Of a stretch of 64,000 bases of DNA, positions 51,506 to 64,000 are shown piece by piece. Source of the DNA: Octopus sinensis (taxonomy: Eukaryota); assembly GCF_006345805.1 (NCBI RefSeq), contig NC_043007.1, forward strand, positions 69,936,001 through 70,000,000. The letters run 5' to 3'. The notes under the pieces were generated by a model. That model was not told where the DNA came from. It was given only the letters and a program-made list of their open reading frames with translations, and did not search any database. How positions within the stretch are numbered: the stretch's first letter is position 1; each line of letters opens with the position of its first letter. The position numbers were made by a program, and so were the translations under genes.

Positions 51506-51755
51506 TGGAGGAGCGTGGCTTAGTGGTTAGGGTGTCAGCACCATGATCGTAAGATTGTGGTTTCGATTCCTGGACCGGACGACGCGTTGTGTTCTTGAGC
51601 AAAACACTTCATTTCATGTTGCTCCAGTCCACTCAGCTGGCAAAAATGAGTAACGCTGCGATGGACTGGCGTCCCGTCCAGCTGAGGAACACATACGCCA
51701 TTGAAACCGGGAAACCGGGCCCATGAGCTTGGCTAAGCTTTAAAAAGGAGCATTT
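51506..51755 (+). mobile_element. tRNA-derived SINE (family D, V-domain-like centre)
   Basis: TGGCTTAGTGG A-box, GGTTTCGATTCC B-box; GCGATGGACTGGCGTCCCGTCCAG recalls the V-SINE domain. Confidence 0.8.
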
Positions 51756-52539
51756 ATTTTTTTTATTTTTTCACTACCAAGAAAGGAATCAGCTTCCTTG
51801 TATTAAACTACACAAAATTTCTTCCCCTAAATCTGGATTCGTTATGAACCATATACTCAGAGCTGAAATCTTAAATAAATTAACCAGCCTCCAGTGAAAT
51901 CTTTCTATTCTTGTCTTCTGGTGTTCGGATCTGTTATGAAGAGTATATTCAAGGAAGAAAGTGATATCAATCTAATATGCTCGACAAGATGTACAAAGAA
52001 TGTATTAGAATTTCTGCATGCATGCATGCATGTATATATGCATGTATGCATGCATGTATGTATGCGTGTGTGTGTGCGTGTGTATAAGGTTATATTTCAG
52101 CGGGGTTTCGATGTTTAGAGAAGACACACACAACGAAAAGTACGCACTTCATTCCTTTTGTATTAAAATGAGAATTGATCGAAAAGTAACAGAAGAAAAA
52201 TTGCGATGATTTGAACAAAAATACTTTGAAGTACATTACAACGAAAGGTCATTTATTGGAACCACGCGAGACTCTTAAAGCAATTTTTGCTTTCTTTTTC
52301 TTGAGATCAGTAATGTCATGCATAACGCTTTACGAATTGTCTGATAAATTAAACGTTTCCGAAGAGACACACACACACACAAATGAAACATCGAATGTTG
52401 TTCATAAGATAAACAGTGTCCAACTGTCGTATAACACGTACAGCGTCGTTGTAAGGCCTGGGAAAATAAAAATAAAAGAAATTCGGGTAATATAATCCAT
52501 CAGTAATATCAAAAGTAGTGATATGGGAACGGCGGCGGC

Positions 52540-52547
52540 GGAAGCAG

Positions 52548-52645
<98 letters not shown>

Positions 52646-52693
52646 ATGGTGGTGGTGGTGGTGGTGGTGGTGGTGGTAGTAGTTGTAGTTGTT

Positions 52694-52743
<50 letters not shown>

Positions 52744-52780
52744 GGTGGTGGTGGTAACTGCAACAGCAGCAGATTGAAGA
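52540..52780. repeat. Compound (ATT)n/(AGT)n/(GGT)n microsatellite
   Basis: Directly visible. Confidence 0.95.
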
Positions 52781-53231
52781 GATGACGATGTTAGTGTTGT
52801 GGAACATTGAACATTTTCGATAATCTTGCTAAGTCGTTGTTGAAAAGTTCAGTCGGACAAATTCCCCAGACTAACGTACTGGTGGACTGTTTTATTGGTA
52901 CTGAAAAGGTCAGTAAGATACAATCCTGCTAAGATATATCTCATGTGTGCTACCATGTAAAATATCGTTCAGACTTGCAAACGAAAACGTTTTATCTCGT
53001 ACCTCTCTATTACTCACGTTTGTATAAATGTGCTGATATAAATTAGTATTGCCACACATGGAAATAAACTACTTCATTAAATTCATGAATAACTTATGAA
53101 ACAGTGTTTGATCTAAAAAAATTGTCCACATCTATAATCGTATAATTATATCACTTCAGTTGAAATTTCCAAGGGCATTTTATTTAGTAAGACTTTAAGT
53201 CCTGACAATGTAGGGTTATAATATTATGTTA

Positions 53232-53422
53232 TGTTGTGTCTGGGGAAAGTCATTTTATTTTTGTGCCTTATAATGTAACACATTCACCGGTAAAATTTCC
53301 ACTTATTTCTTATTAAAAATAAAAATAAAAAAAATAGAAAATAAGAAATAAGGGGAAATTTTACTGGTGAGTATGTTACATTATAAGGCACAAAAAGAAA
53401 ATGACTCTCCCCAGACACAACA
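53232..53422. repeat. Fold-back element, ~83-bp inverted arms with an A-rich ~25-nt spacer (MITE-like)
   Basis: 53232-53314 is the reverse complement of ~53339-53422 with few mismatches. Confidence 0.85.
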
Positions 53423-54439
53423 GAATATGCTTCAACACACGAACTCATATAAAGAATCTTACAAACCAAATCCCAAAACAAAATATTATGTTAGTTCCTC
53501 GTTTTAATTTGAAGAAAATATTGTTTGAATATGAAGAAAATTTCAAAGAACAAGCAGTTGAATTCTCATGAAATGAGCATATTCCTAGCAACTCCCTACT
53601 CTCCACCACAAACATAGACCACTTTCTACAGAAAATTCAAAACAACTGTATTTCACAAATACAACTAATTAATTTATTATTTTGGGATTTTTTAAACATC
53701 AGTTGCCCCCTTTTGGCCACCCCATTATCACCCCACTTTTTTTCAATGTTTTCCCTCTCCTCTGGATCTTTCCCCCGGCCCCAAAGGGACAGTACTGTCC
53801 ACTTTGGGGTCCATTGATCTAGATTAATTTTCGCTCGAATTTAGCACAGTTCGGCACACTCGTAATTTTCCATCCTCTAAAAGTTTTTCATAAATTCATA
53901 TTTCACAATGGATCTATGGATCTTTCTAAATTTGGCCAATTTTGCCGGACACAGTTTACCATCTGGAAATTTTCAAGTCCGTTTCATATTGTTACACCGA
54001 ACATGCGATGGCTCACTCTTCAAAACTGTTAATAGGTACCATTAAATATAGGCGCACAAAAGCATGAAGGGTGTTACAAACAATGCAATCGAATGAAACA
54101 GCTTTATTATGGCTGTCCAGTTCTTGCGAAGTCCGTGTATATACAAAGATACGATCGAAGTGACACTTATTCCTGTTGAGCAATTTGCTGACATTTCGAG
54201 ATGAAAATGAATACACACACACACACACACACACATACACACACACACACATACTCACACACACACACACACACCACACACACACACACACACCAAACAC
54301 AGTGCTTGGCAACGATCTAAATGCAATTGTATTGTATATAACTGTCTAGATCGAAAAGAGATCGAAACAAAACGTCTAGACATAATAATCAAAGAAGCAA
54401 GGAAAATACATGCATCACGATAGAGACGTGGATCCCTAC

Positions 54440-55215
54440 TGACAAAAACATTACTCTGGAAATTGTTGAGACAAGAAGCGGAAGGGTATACGCTCCAACG
54501 TAATCAGACCGTGGCCAGGACAAGGCACGATGGTCAAGCTATAGTAGATGACGGACGTAATATACGCGTTGGCCATGCGTTCGACTTTTCAAGGATAGCT
54601 TTCTCTCGGACTTTTCTGGGTGAGAGTAGTTACCATACTCGTTACCTCGTCCCAGTTTTTTTTCCATCTGGGGGGTCCGGACCGAACCAGACCCCGAGAA
54701 ATTTAACCGGTCCGTCCCTCCAGCGCCCAATGACGCAGTTGGACGGCGTGGACTTGCTTCTCCAGGTGCCGAGCCGCAAGCCCACTGATTTTTACCTGGT
54801 TATCTGTCGCTCCTGAAACCGCCACGTAGTCCCGAAGAGTGGTGCCGATCATTTCTATGTGTTTATGACCCGATGTCATTACAGTAACACCATCAGCATA
54901 TGCTGACACGCATGTCCCACATCCTAAGTCACGCGGAATGCCTCCCAACGCCTCCAGTTTGTTTAGTAGTAGCTCGAGAGTCAGTACGTTGAAGAGAGAC
55001 GAGAGGGGACAACCTTGTCGGACTGAGCGCATGATGTTGAACGGCTCTGAGAGGTGACCGTTCACTCTAACCACTGAACCGATGGTCGCGATCCAACCCT
55101 TGAATACAGGCCCGAAACCAGCTGCCTTGAGGACCGCCGCCAGGTACAGATGGTCGATCTTATCGAAAGTTTTACACTGATCTAAACTGATCAGGGCCCC
55201 ACCTGTGCCAGGTGC
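54440..55215 (-). mobile_element. L1-Tx1-like LINE reverse transcriptase fragment
   Basis: FDKIDHLYL, VRVNGHLSEPF..RSVRQGCPLS, VSAYADGVTV. Confidence 0.88.
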
Positions 55216-55236
55216 TTTAAAAACAACAGCAACACC

Positions 55237-55329
<93 letters not shown>

Positions 55330-55399
55330 AGCAACAACAACGATAGCAGACGATAACGACTAACGAGGTTCAAGACAAACTCACCGACGTCGATTATGA

Positions 55400-56180
55400 T
55401 GATGATTTCTTCATTAGTCACAAGGAGTAAAGGAAAAGTACAAAGCATACAATATAAGCAAAGGTCGTAGGTTTATGTAGAACGTGTGCAAAAGTGGTAA
55501 CAAAAAACAATTAATAACACAATTGCAACATATAAGAGTAGAGGGGCAGCTGCTTAGAGGAAAAACTAGCTGTCCTTCTTGCTTAAAGGAAGGCAACCGA
55601 GCTATCTTCACAAGCGATGTCAGAACCACAAAACAGCAATACATGGGAACTGCACGAGTGTTTCCATAACAGCATCGTGACTCAGTGTGTGTCTTGGCCA
55701 GGCCCGCCTGGCGACGCTTCTGTACCTAGTGAGTTTGTCTTGAACCAGCAATTCCCTACCTCCTCCAGCCGGTGAATCTGTCAGGGTTTTCTGAAGTTAT
55801 CTATAATTCTTGAGTGAAAAGTTCTTCAGAACATACCAACCAGTCGATTCCTATCGAAGTCTAGAGTTTCCTCGAGAATGTCATCGTGCCTCTCCACCAC
55901 TAGCGCTTTACAGAATGTCATCGTGGAAGTTCTACCATCTGCATTGCCTGACTGGTAGAGGATTGTGAGGGCCTGACAATACTCCAGTTACTGAGTGCCC
56001 AGTCTTTGTCTTCGCTTTACTCACGACTGCAGCTCTATCAAGAAGACGAGCTGTGGAAAGATGTACTTGACAAAAGGTGACCACACCTGCTCATTGTCTA
56101 GGAATCTTTGTTAAAGCCGCAGTCCCAGTGCATGTGTGCGCATCAGAAGCTACACCATACCGTGTCCGCGCTGTTGGTGT
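55400..56180 (-). mobile_element. L1-Tx1-like LINE 3' fragment with 3' UTR
   Basis: HDDILEETLDFD and IDNFRK blocks; the UTR ends CCTTGTGACTAATGAAGAAAT. Confidence 0.7.
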
Positions 56181-56821
56181 TTCGTAGAGGGTAGACAATC
56201 TAATAAGTGGAACGTGTCCTTTCCAAGTGAAATGAAAGTTCAGGCGTTTCAATCAAACCAAACACTTGGGTAAAACGTAATAAGTTGGCGGTACTATACA
56301 ACAGAAGAGGTATATGAGTTCGCCAACCCTGCCTAATTTTTGAATACAAGCTTCTACTCAGAACATTTAATGTGAGACTGTCCACATTCCCCAAACAACT
56401 TAATTGGAGCTTTGATGCAATGACTCACGATATTGTTCGACGGCATAGACTTGCTGTACATACATAGACTTGCATAGATATACCTACATACGTACGTAAG
56501 TACATGAATACTATTACACATACATACATACATAATACATACATACATACATACATACATACATACATACATACATACATACATACATACATACATCTGA
56601 GATCATAAAACCTTAAGATTTAAAGCATTATGAACAAAACAAGATGCTTTCCTTCATAACCTCGATACCGAGTTGGTATTCTAAATTAAAAGGAGAAAGA
56701 GAGCATATATACATTTACACACACACACGTGTATGTATGTATGTATGTATGCATGTATGTATGTATGTATGTATGTATGTATGTATGTATGTATGTATAT
56801 GTATATATATATATATATATG

Positions 56822-56875
<54 letters not shown>

Positions 56876-56878
<3 letters not shown>

Positions 56879-58167
56879 GGGACGTTCAATAAGTAATGCC
56901 TCTGACCCACTTACAGTTGTTTGATCTAGCTGAAATTTTGCATGTGCAATTATTTATATCTCTATAGATTAAGTGGCAAATTACAGCTCTGATCTAATTG
57001 TGGTTTCTGATTTACAGGTGTTTGAACTGAGTCAAGTGTAAAATGGAGCCTGTTGAGTGTCGAGCAGTGATCTGGTTTTTGTATTTGAAAGGACGCACAC
57101 CACAGGAGACTTTTGATGAAATGAAAGTAACTTATGGTGATGATGCCCCATCATATGACCTTGTAAAACGCTGGCATCGTGAATTCAAACATGGTCGGAA
57201 CTCTGTGGAAACAGCTCCCAGATCTGGTCACCCCCTTCTGCCATTGATGAGGCATCTGTCCGTCAAGTTGAGGCTGCCATTTTGGAAGATCGATGCATAA
57301 CTATTCGCCAAATAGCCCATGAGGTCAAGATTAGTACCGGGTCTGTGGAAACTATCATTCATGACCATTTGCATATGCAAAAGGTGTCTGCCAGATGGAT
57401 TCCCAGGTTGCTCACGCCTTTCCAGAAGCAAGAACGCGTCGAGTGCTCGAGGGTGAATTTGGAGATGTGCCAAGAAGATGAGTCAAAATTTTTCAAAAGA
57501 CTGATTACACAGGATGAAACCTGGGTCCATCACTATGATTCAGAGACCAAAGCCCAGTCAATGCAGTGGAAGCACCGTGACTCACCTCCTCCAAAGAAGG
57601 CAAGGGTGCAGCCCTCCGCTGGCAAGGTCATGCTCACAGTCTTCTGGGACCAGGACGGAGTAGTGATGACAGATTTCCTGGCAAAGGGTACCACAATTAC
57701 AGGAGCCTATTATGCTTCACTTTTGAGGAAATTATGAGAAGTTATCAAAATCAAGAGGCGGGGCAAGATCAGCAAAGGCATCCTCCTCCTGCAGGACAAC
57801 GCTCCGGTTCACAACTCGCGTGTCGCCAGATCAGAAGCACAGGCGTGCTGCTATGAACTCCTCCCCCATCCCCCCTACGCTCCTGACCTTGCACCCTCTG
57901 ATTTTCACCTCTTCCCAGCCATGAAGTTTTTTTTGAAAGGAAAGCATTTCACAGATGATGCAGCCTTGATTTCTAAAGTCACGTCGTGGTTGGAGGACCA
58001 AGACGGGGTCTTCTACAAAAACGGTCTCCAGCGCTGCATCAAATGATGGCAGAAATGCGTAACTCTGGGTGGTTCCTATGTAGAAAAAGACTAATAACTG
58101 TTCCAAGTTTCCTTGCTCTACTGCTATGGGAAGTGGGTCAGGGGCATTACTTATTGAACGCCCCTCG
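56876..58167 (+). mobile_element. Full-length mariner (DD34D) with TIRs and TA target duplications
   Basis: TIR CGAGGGGCGTTCAATAAGTAATGCCCCTGACCC at the right end, slightly mutated at the left; 1292 bp. Confidence 0.96.
57043..58094 (+). pseudogene. Mariner transposase with about two frameshifts and two stops
   Basis: MEPVECRAVI, ARWIPRLL, ITQDETWVHHYD, LLQDNAPVH, HPPYAPDLAPSDFHLFP (34 residues between D2 and D3), YVEKD*. Confidence 0.93.
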
Positions 58168-58456
58168 TATATATATATATATATATAAAGGGAAATATGC
58201 ACACTTACATGGTTTTAATATAATTTTTAGTATATCGACAGGTTTCGCTATCGCTATTCATGATATTATATTTTACTTATTTAGATATATTCAAATAAAT
58301 AAAACATAATATCATGAATAGCGATAGCGAAACTGGTCGATATATTAAAAATTGTATTAAAACTATGTAAGTGTGCGTATTTTCCTTTTTTAATTTCTTA
58401 TATACATTACAACTCACTACGTGGGGATAATCGAAATTCCTTTTTTCTGTTACTAC

Positions 58457-58524
<68 letters not shown>

Positions 58525-58532
58525 CGTTCATA

Positions 58533-58842
58533 AACTGGTACTCCGTCGGTTACGACGACGAGTGTTCCAAGTGATCCAATCAATGAAACAACCTGCCAGT
58601 AAAATTAACGTGCAAGTGGATGAGCTCTCCACAGGCACACCTACACTTTCTCTAGTTGTCAGAATGTGACAAGACTGGTCCTTTGAAATACAGGTACAAC
58701 TCATTTTTTTCCAAATGTATAGACTTGAGCAACGTGAAATAAAGTGTCTTGCTCAAGACGCACAACGCGCCGCCAGGTATTGATCTCATGACCTCAGGAT
58801 CGTGAGCCAAATTTCCTAAGCATTAAACCAACGCGCCTCTAC
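58533..58842 (-). mobile_element. tRNA-derived SINE with a 12-bp TSD
   Basis: CAGACGTTCATA at 58521-32 and 58843-54; tRNA-like head at the right end related to 51506. Confidence 0.8.
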
Positions 58843-59949
58843 CAGACGTTCATATAACCAGATAAACAACACAAATAGACATTTAACATATAAATAGACA
58901 TAACAATAAATAAACAAATATCTGGGCAATGTTCTTTGTTGCTATGTAACAAATGCATTTGATTGCTGTCCTTCAGTTCCAATTAAAATTGTTAATATTT
59001 CGGAGTTTTGTCTCGTTGCGTTATTTTTCATTAACAGTCCCTGATAGGAAATAATGTTTCGTTCTGGTGTTCTATATCAATATCATTTGTTTTCTTTAGT
59101 ATTCAACTTTATTTGTCCAATCGATACGAATCTATTTAAGTTACCAACTAGTTGAGTATGCAGATAATAATTTTAAATGAATTTCCTTCAGTTAAATCAG
59201 ACGTGAAAGAAGTTCTTCAATATATGATACCACTATCAATTAAAATGTCGTCTTGCTTATTTCAGTTAGTTTATAACTTATGAAGACAGACAGTGAATTG
59301 GTAGAATCATTAGGACAGTATTTGTTCTGGCTCTTTACGTTGACTTCAAAATCCACCGAAGTAAATTTTACGTGGTCGATAAATAAAGTACTAGTCACGT
59401 ATCAAATTTGATGCCTCTACCACTCTCTCAGCTCCTCTAACCTCCTGTTGTTTGGCTCCTTCGTTCTGCATCAAGACCGTCTACGTTACTTCAAGCCTCG
59501 GTATACAGGCGTAGAGTTATGTATTTGTACACACACACAAACTAACGTTAGGTACATCAAGCAATCAGATCTAGCGGCTAGATCACCGAAATGTATAGTA
59601 GAAATTTACTGAGTGGTTAGAGTAAATGGCCACCAGTCGAAATCGTTTCAGATCACGTGCCTAATTTATCAAAAATCTTCTCTCGTCTCTCTTGTTTGTA
59701 CTGACACTCGAGCCATAATTTCGGATAATTGTTGCTATTTGGGGATCATCCTGTTCGAAATGGGACGAGGAAGAGCCTTGTCGATATAAATGGACGATGT
59801 AACCATAAAAGTATCGGTCACTTATGAAATCGTGATGGTCGTCATCATTCTAAACAAATACGAACTTTGACAGAAGCAAAAATTAACCAGGGCAAGTTAA
59901 GCTTGTAACTTGGCATCTTGAGAGTTAAGTCTTTGCCCTCAAATTGTGT

Positions 59950-60320
59950 CGTGAGGTGCTGGATGGATGGATGGATTTGTTGTTAACTTTCTCAGTGTTT
60001 GGTTCAGTTTGAACTACCAGTCGGATTGGATCTGGGACGATGGTACGAATAAAATGGTTAGACCCATTCAGCATGGACTGAGAGGAAACTGTCTTTGAAA
60101 TATCGGACAAAAGTCGTGAACTCATATGTCGTCTCTGTTATATATTATCGCCGATCGTCTTGCCTTGCAATTTTGATCAGCCCAGACTGGAGCATCTGCT
60201 CTTTCATTTCTTGTGATAAGGACGCGTTCCACTATTCAGGCGGTCCAACTACAGTCAACAGCAACTTAAAGAAGGGTTCAATACTCCCTGCCTGATGAGA
60301 CGCAGGTATGCATTGAGTCA
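59950..60320 (+). mobile_element. L1-Tx1-like LINE fragment (post-RT)
   Basis: WTERKLSLKYRTKVVNSY..VIYYR..LEHLLFHFL. Confidence 0.7.
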
Positions 60321-60489
60321 GCCGCATCCACAAAGAATTGTTGACAGGGAGTAGGTATGATAGCTTTTGTCAGGCAAGTCTTTCTATACTGCTGCTCCTT
60401 TATGGAGCTATAGTTGCGAGTTTGAGCAAAGACCATTCCTGAGTGCTTGTGTGTGTGTGTGTGTGTATGTGTGTGTGTATGTGGGTGTG

Positions 60490-60850
60490 TTAATGTGTGT
60501 CTGTCTTTGTGTTTGTGTTTGTCTCCCCTCCATCGCTTAACAACTGACGTTGGTGTGTTTACGTCCGCGTAACTTAGCGGTTCGGCAAAAGAACCCGATA
60601 AGGTAAGCACCAGGCTTACAAAGAATAAGTCTTGTGGTCGATTTCTTCGACTAAAAGGCGATGCTCCATCATGGCCGCAGTCAAATGACTGAAACTAGTA
60701 AAAGAATAGAGGAATATATTTCAAATTCCGCCGAGGTCGACTTGGCCTTTCATCCGTTCGGGGGCGATAAAATAAGTACCAGTTGAATACTGAGGCCGAT
60801 GTAATCGACTCATCCCAACCTCCCCCAAACTGCCCTTGTGACAAAAATTT
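60490..60850 (+). mobile_element. SINE family B 3' half followed by a partial family-A-like SINE
   Basis: Homologous to 4800-5000 and to the family A centre. Confidence 0.82.
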
Positions 60851-60959
60851 GAAATAATAATTGTTGTTGTTGCTCTTGTTCAAGTTCTTGTTGTTGTTGT
60901 TGTTGTTGTTGTTATTGTTGTTGTTGTTGTTGTTGTTGTTCTTCTTCTTCTTCTTCTTC

Positions 60960-61670
60960 TTATTATTATTATTCAGTAGTTTTATTTTTATAGCGTGCTT
61001 TCACTTCACTACCGAGCGCAGCTCTGTGTGCCTTGGGTATGTGCTGTGATTTGTTGTGATGCTCTGATGGTTATTGTATGGAAAGTGTTCTGCGTAGGAT
61101 GTGTGCAGTGCTTAGTAGTGCAATTTTCTGTATGTTATATTTGTTTGTAAGTCCTGGTGTTTTTGTTATGTATTTGTCTGAATATTTTTTTATCATGCCT
61201 AATGCACCTACTATGATAGGAATTATTTCTGTTTTCAGATTCCACATTCTAGTTACCTCTATTTCCAGGTCTTTGTATTTTGAGAGTTTCTCCATTTCTT
61301 TTAGAGACACGTTGTCATCTGCCGGTATTGATACATCAATTAGAAAGCATTTTTTTTCTTCATGATCTCTGACAACTATATCTGGTCTGTTGGCCTTAAT
61401 TTCTCTATATGTGTGCATCGGCATATCCCAGAGTATGGTTGCTTTCTCGTTTTCTGTGACCTTTTCTGGTGTGTGCCTATACCATCTTTTTTCTGTTGTT
61501 ATTCCATAATGTTGGCATAGCTTCCAATGTATGTAGGTTCCAACTCTGTGATGTCTGTGAATATATTCCTTCTTAGCCAGGACTGGGCAGCTAGAGATAA
61601 TATGATTTATTGTTTCTTGTCCATCTCCACATATTCTGCAGTTACTTGTAATATTTCTTTTCATTACATG
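60960..61670 (-). mobile_element. R4/Dong LINE 3' end (zinc finger, REL endonuclease, 3' UTR), open frame
   Basis: ORF 61071..61664: CRICGDGQETINHIISSCP, RHHRVG, ANRPDIVV, IDVSIP, EKLSKYKDL, PIIVGALG, IQKIALL; flanked by (TTA)n. Confidence 0.95.
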
Positions 61671-61698
61671 TTTATTATTATTATTATTATTATTATTA

Positions 61699-61737
<39 letters not shown>

Positions 61738-61739
61738 CA

Positions 61740-62780
61740 TCAGCGAGTTGGATTGACAGAACCATTTATTATTTCGTTTGGCAGTTTCCCAAAATTTTTC
61801 CGCCAAATAATTTGCTTTCTTCAGCATTCGGTCTTATGTTATCATTTCAATTTTCCTTCAAATATATCAAGCAAGCATTTCAGTTTTGATTGCAAAATAC
61901 GATTTTTCTTTAATTGGTTGTTTCTTCCATCGTATTTTCTGATTTTGGCAGTTTTGCCGTTACTCTCTGCCTTAGTTCTTTGATCGCTGTCCCAATTCTG
62001 TTTTTCGTCACCAGATACATTTCCTCCAATCTACTTTCTCTTTCTTCTTTAATTCACCAACAACGCTTCCACTGGTTCAGTTCACGCATATCTTTGCTTA
62101 GGCCGCTAATCTTCATTATTATTCGACTTTATCGCAAATGTACCTGTTGGTCTTCCTACTCTTTCTCTTCCACCCCACAACAATTCTGAAACTACATTAA
62201 CACCCGCTCATATCAGTGAATTGGTGTCTTTCATGTTTTCAAAGACAATCTTGTCAATTACGTTATTCACTTTTGATATTTTTTATTTAATTTTGGTTCG
62301 ATCTACTGCCCTCAAATGAGGGACTTATTAAGGGACTCCAGCTGCTTAAGTATCTGTCTCAAATTTTTAAGGATCGCTCGTTGATTTCCAACAACGTTAT
62401 TCATATAAAATTTCTTTACTTCTAACATGTCACTCGCGTTTTATCTTTTTCAAATGACAGCGTCATATTTGGATTCTCTATTTTCCCCCTATTATCCATC
62501 TACATTTGTAATGCTGGTTCTTGTAATTCTGAGTTGATCTTTCTCTGTATTTCTTCAATTTCTCAGATAATTATTTAGATGGGGTCTCAATGAAACCACT
62601 GTCCACAGACAGAGTTAAAATTGCTTCAAGAAGGGAAGGACCTTTCTCAGCTTGGTCTGCAACCTGCTGCTTACTGAGTTTAAATACTCCCATACCATTC
62701 CCAATATCCAACATATTTCCCCAGAATTCTTGCTTGCTTAGTTTACTTAACATTCTATTAATATCTTATTGATTCCCTTT
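61740..62780 (-). mobile_element. R4/Dong LINE N-terminal (pre-RT) remnant
   Basis: GVFKLSKQQVADQA, IEEIQRKI, LRAVDRTK..KVNNVI, ELRQRVTAK.AKIRKYD.RN.Q.R.NR, PNAEES. Confidence 0.75.
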
Positions 62781-62999
62781 TCCCCTACAGAACTTTGCGC
62801 ATAGCAATAACTGAATGACGACCGGTTCTGCACTGCAGTACCGCATCTAATGGTTGGGAAGCTTTCATCTGGTGGCCCCATCATATTAATGCCATATGTA
62901 TTTAGATTTAACCTAGTGCGTTTTTAATAGTCATTCCTTAACGTTGCTTACATTTATGTGCGCTGTATTCTGTCAAGTTATGAATGGATTCCTGAGTAT

Positions 63000-63880
63000 T
63001 TGTCCTTCGAGTAAATCTATGTACTGTCTGTAGGAGTGTTTCTAATTGTTTAGATATCTGCAACATAAAACGTGAGATCGATCATATACAAAAGAGAGTG
63101 ATTGTCTTCCGATAGCATTTGCAACTGAACTCAAAATTGTTTAAAGGTGTTAAATCCAAACAGCAAAACAGTGGAGAGAAAGAAATCCTTGGATTATATT
63201 TGCCATCGAGCTGGCAGAAACGTTAGCACGCCGGGTGAAATGCGTAGCCGTATTTCGTCTGCCCTTACGTTCTGAGTTCAAATTCCACCGAGGTCGACTT
63301 TGCCTTTCATCCTTTCGGGGTCGATTAAATAAGTGCCAGTTACGCACTGGGGTCGATATAATCGATTTAATCCGTTTGTCTGTCTTTGTTTGTCCTCTCT
63401 GTGTTTAGCCCCTTGTGGGTAGTAAAGAAATAGGTTTAGTTTTTATAATTCACCATTCCGGTAACCATTTACTCATAGTGTGTTTATAGTATCTGTTCAT
63501 TATCTGTGTTTTCTTGCTAATGTTTCCATGATTCATATTAGGACTCTGTCAAAAATATTTGGCTATTGATCCTATGCCATTCTCAGATTTCTTCTTATGT
63601 CTTCGGTCGTGGATTTGTTGGTCATTGATTGAACATCACAGCCATTCGAAACTTTGAGGAAACGCTTCTCCTCTACTCGAAATATGTTTTACTTCAGGTA
63701 TTTATCTTCAGCGATAATACTGTAATGAAAGTAGGCTGTGTGTCTGTAGAGTTTGGGATTTGTTCTATCTTGATTGCACTGTGTAACACGGTTTTTGTCC
63801 TTGGGTAGCAACTGTTATTTCCTATTTGCGTACCCCTAGGAAGTATGAAAAATGACTAATGTTTCCTTCAAACTTTGCTT
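63000..63880 (-). mobile_element. R4/Dong RT remnant, highly degenerate, split by a SINE
   Basis: LLPK..NPKLYR..SIIAE..EEKRF..GC..RNLRMA..FDRV, then NHSLLYMIDL..QLETLLQTVHRF. Confidence 0.65.
63205..63436 (+). mobile_element. SINE family A, full length
   Basis: Matches the first unit at 3633. Confidence 0.9.
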
Positions 63881-63884
63881 TTCT

Positions 63885-64000
63885 TACATTTATTCAAACA
63901 TCAAAGAATCCTTCTTAACACATCATTATGATGCTCCCCCACTACTCCTGCTCATGATCGGAGGTACACATGTTGTCAGCTACTAAAGGACATTCTCAAC
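63885..64000 (-). mobile_element. Diverged partial homolog of the ~555-bp (AAT)n element, cut by the window end
   Basis: Reverse complement matches GTTGAGCATGTCCC..GAGCAGAAGTAGTGGGGGAGCATCAT..GGATTCTTTG..TTTGAATAA. Confidence 0.8.

Noticed and set aside
54340-54385. TGTCTA..GATC..GATC-GAAAC..GTC-TAGACA, hammerhead-like 3' half
   Set aside because: The CUGANGA strand is entirely absent.
59560-59665. Hairpins followed by GAAATG and GAAATCGTT
   Set aside because: No core heptamer or stem I could be assigned.
62571-62753. ORF MLSKLSKQEFWGN... as a host exon
   Set aside because: It matches the N-terminal region of R4/Dong ORFs (GMF..SEQRLADQA-like) and is colinear with the adjacent remnant.
62800-62885. 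Minus-strand GGGGCCACCAGATGAAAGCTTCCC resembling the start of a CPEB3/HDV ribozyme near a Dong 5' end
   Set aside because: P3 and P1 cannot pair in this copy; only a family consensus could revive the idea.

Overview
This 64-kb window is AT-rich eukaryotic DNA dense in microsatellites and transposons. The SINE and LINE families look like those of an octopod cephalopod (probably Octopus; inferred from recalled repeat families, not searched). I find no intact host protein gene, rRNA, tRNA gene or CRISPR array, and almost all listed ORFs are translations of simple repeats or decayed transposons. Recognisable content: tRNA-derived SINEs of at least four families; five Tc1/mariner elements or remnants (two full length with TIRs, one DD41D/rosa type); a pogo-like MITE; many fragments of L1-Tx1-like and R4/Dong LINEs; an RTE 3' end; a Penelope-like element (RT + GIY-YIG) and a second PLE remnant; a miniature LTR element; and a probable decayed Kunitz domain. 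The most interesting signal is RNA structure. Short non-coding repeats from about seven unrelated sequence contexts each carry a minimal type I hammerhead ribozyme (HHR) fold of the kind known from Penelope pseudo-LTRs. One family, present twice, has the core C3-G8 pair swapped to G3-C8, and two HHR-bearing elements are integrated as head-to-head palindromes. Also notable: a ~555-bp non-coding element stacked in tandem inside (AAT)n microsatellites, a SINE trimer inside one 24-bp TSD, and a 3' tail shared by the dominant SINE and the Tx1-like LINE. Coordinates were read by eye, so element edges may be off by a few to tens of bases. Irregular simple repeats suggest that some indels are sequencing errors.
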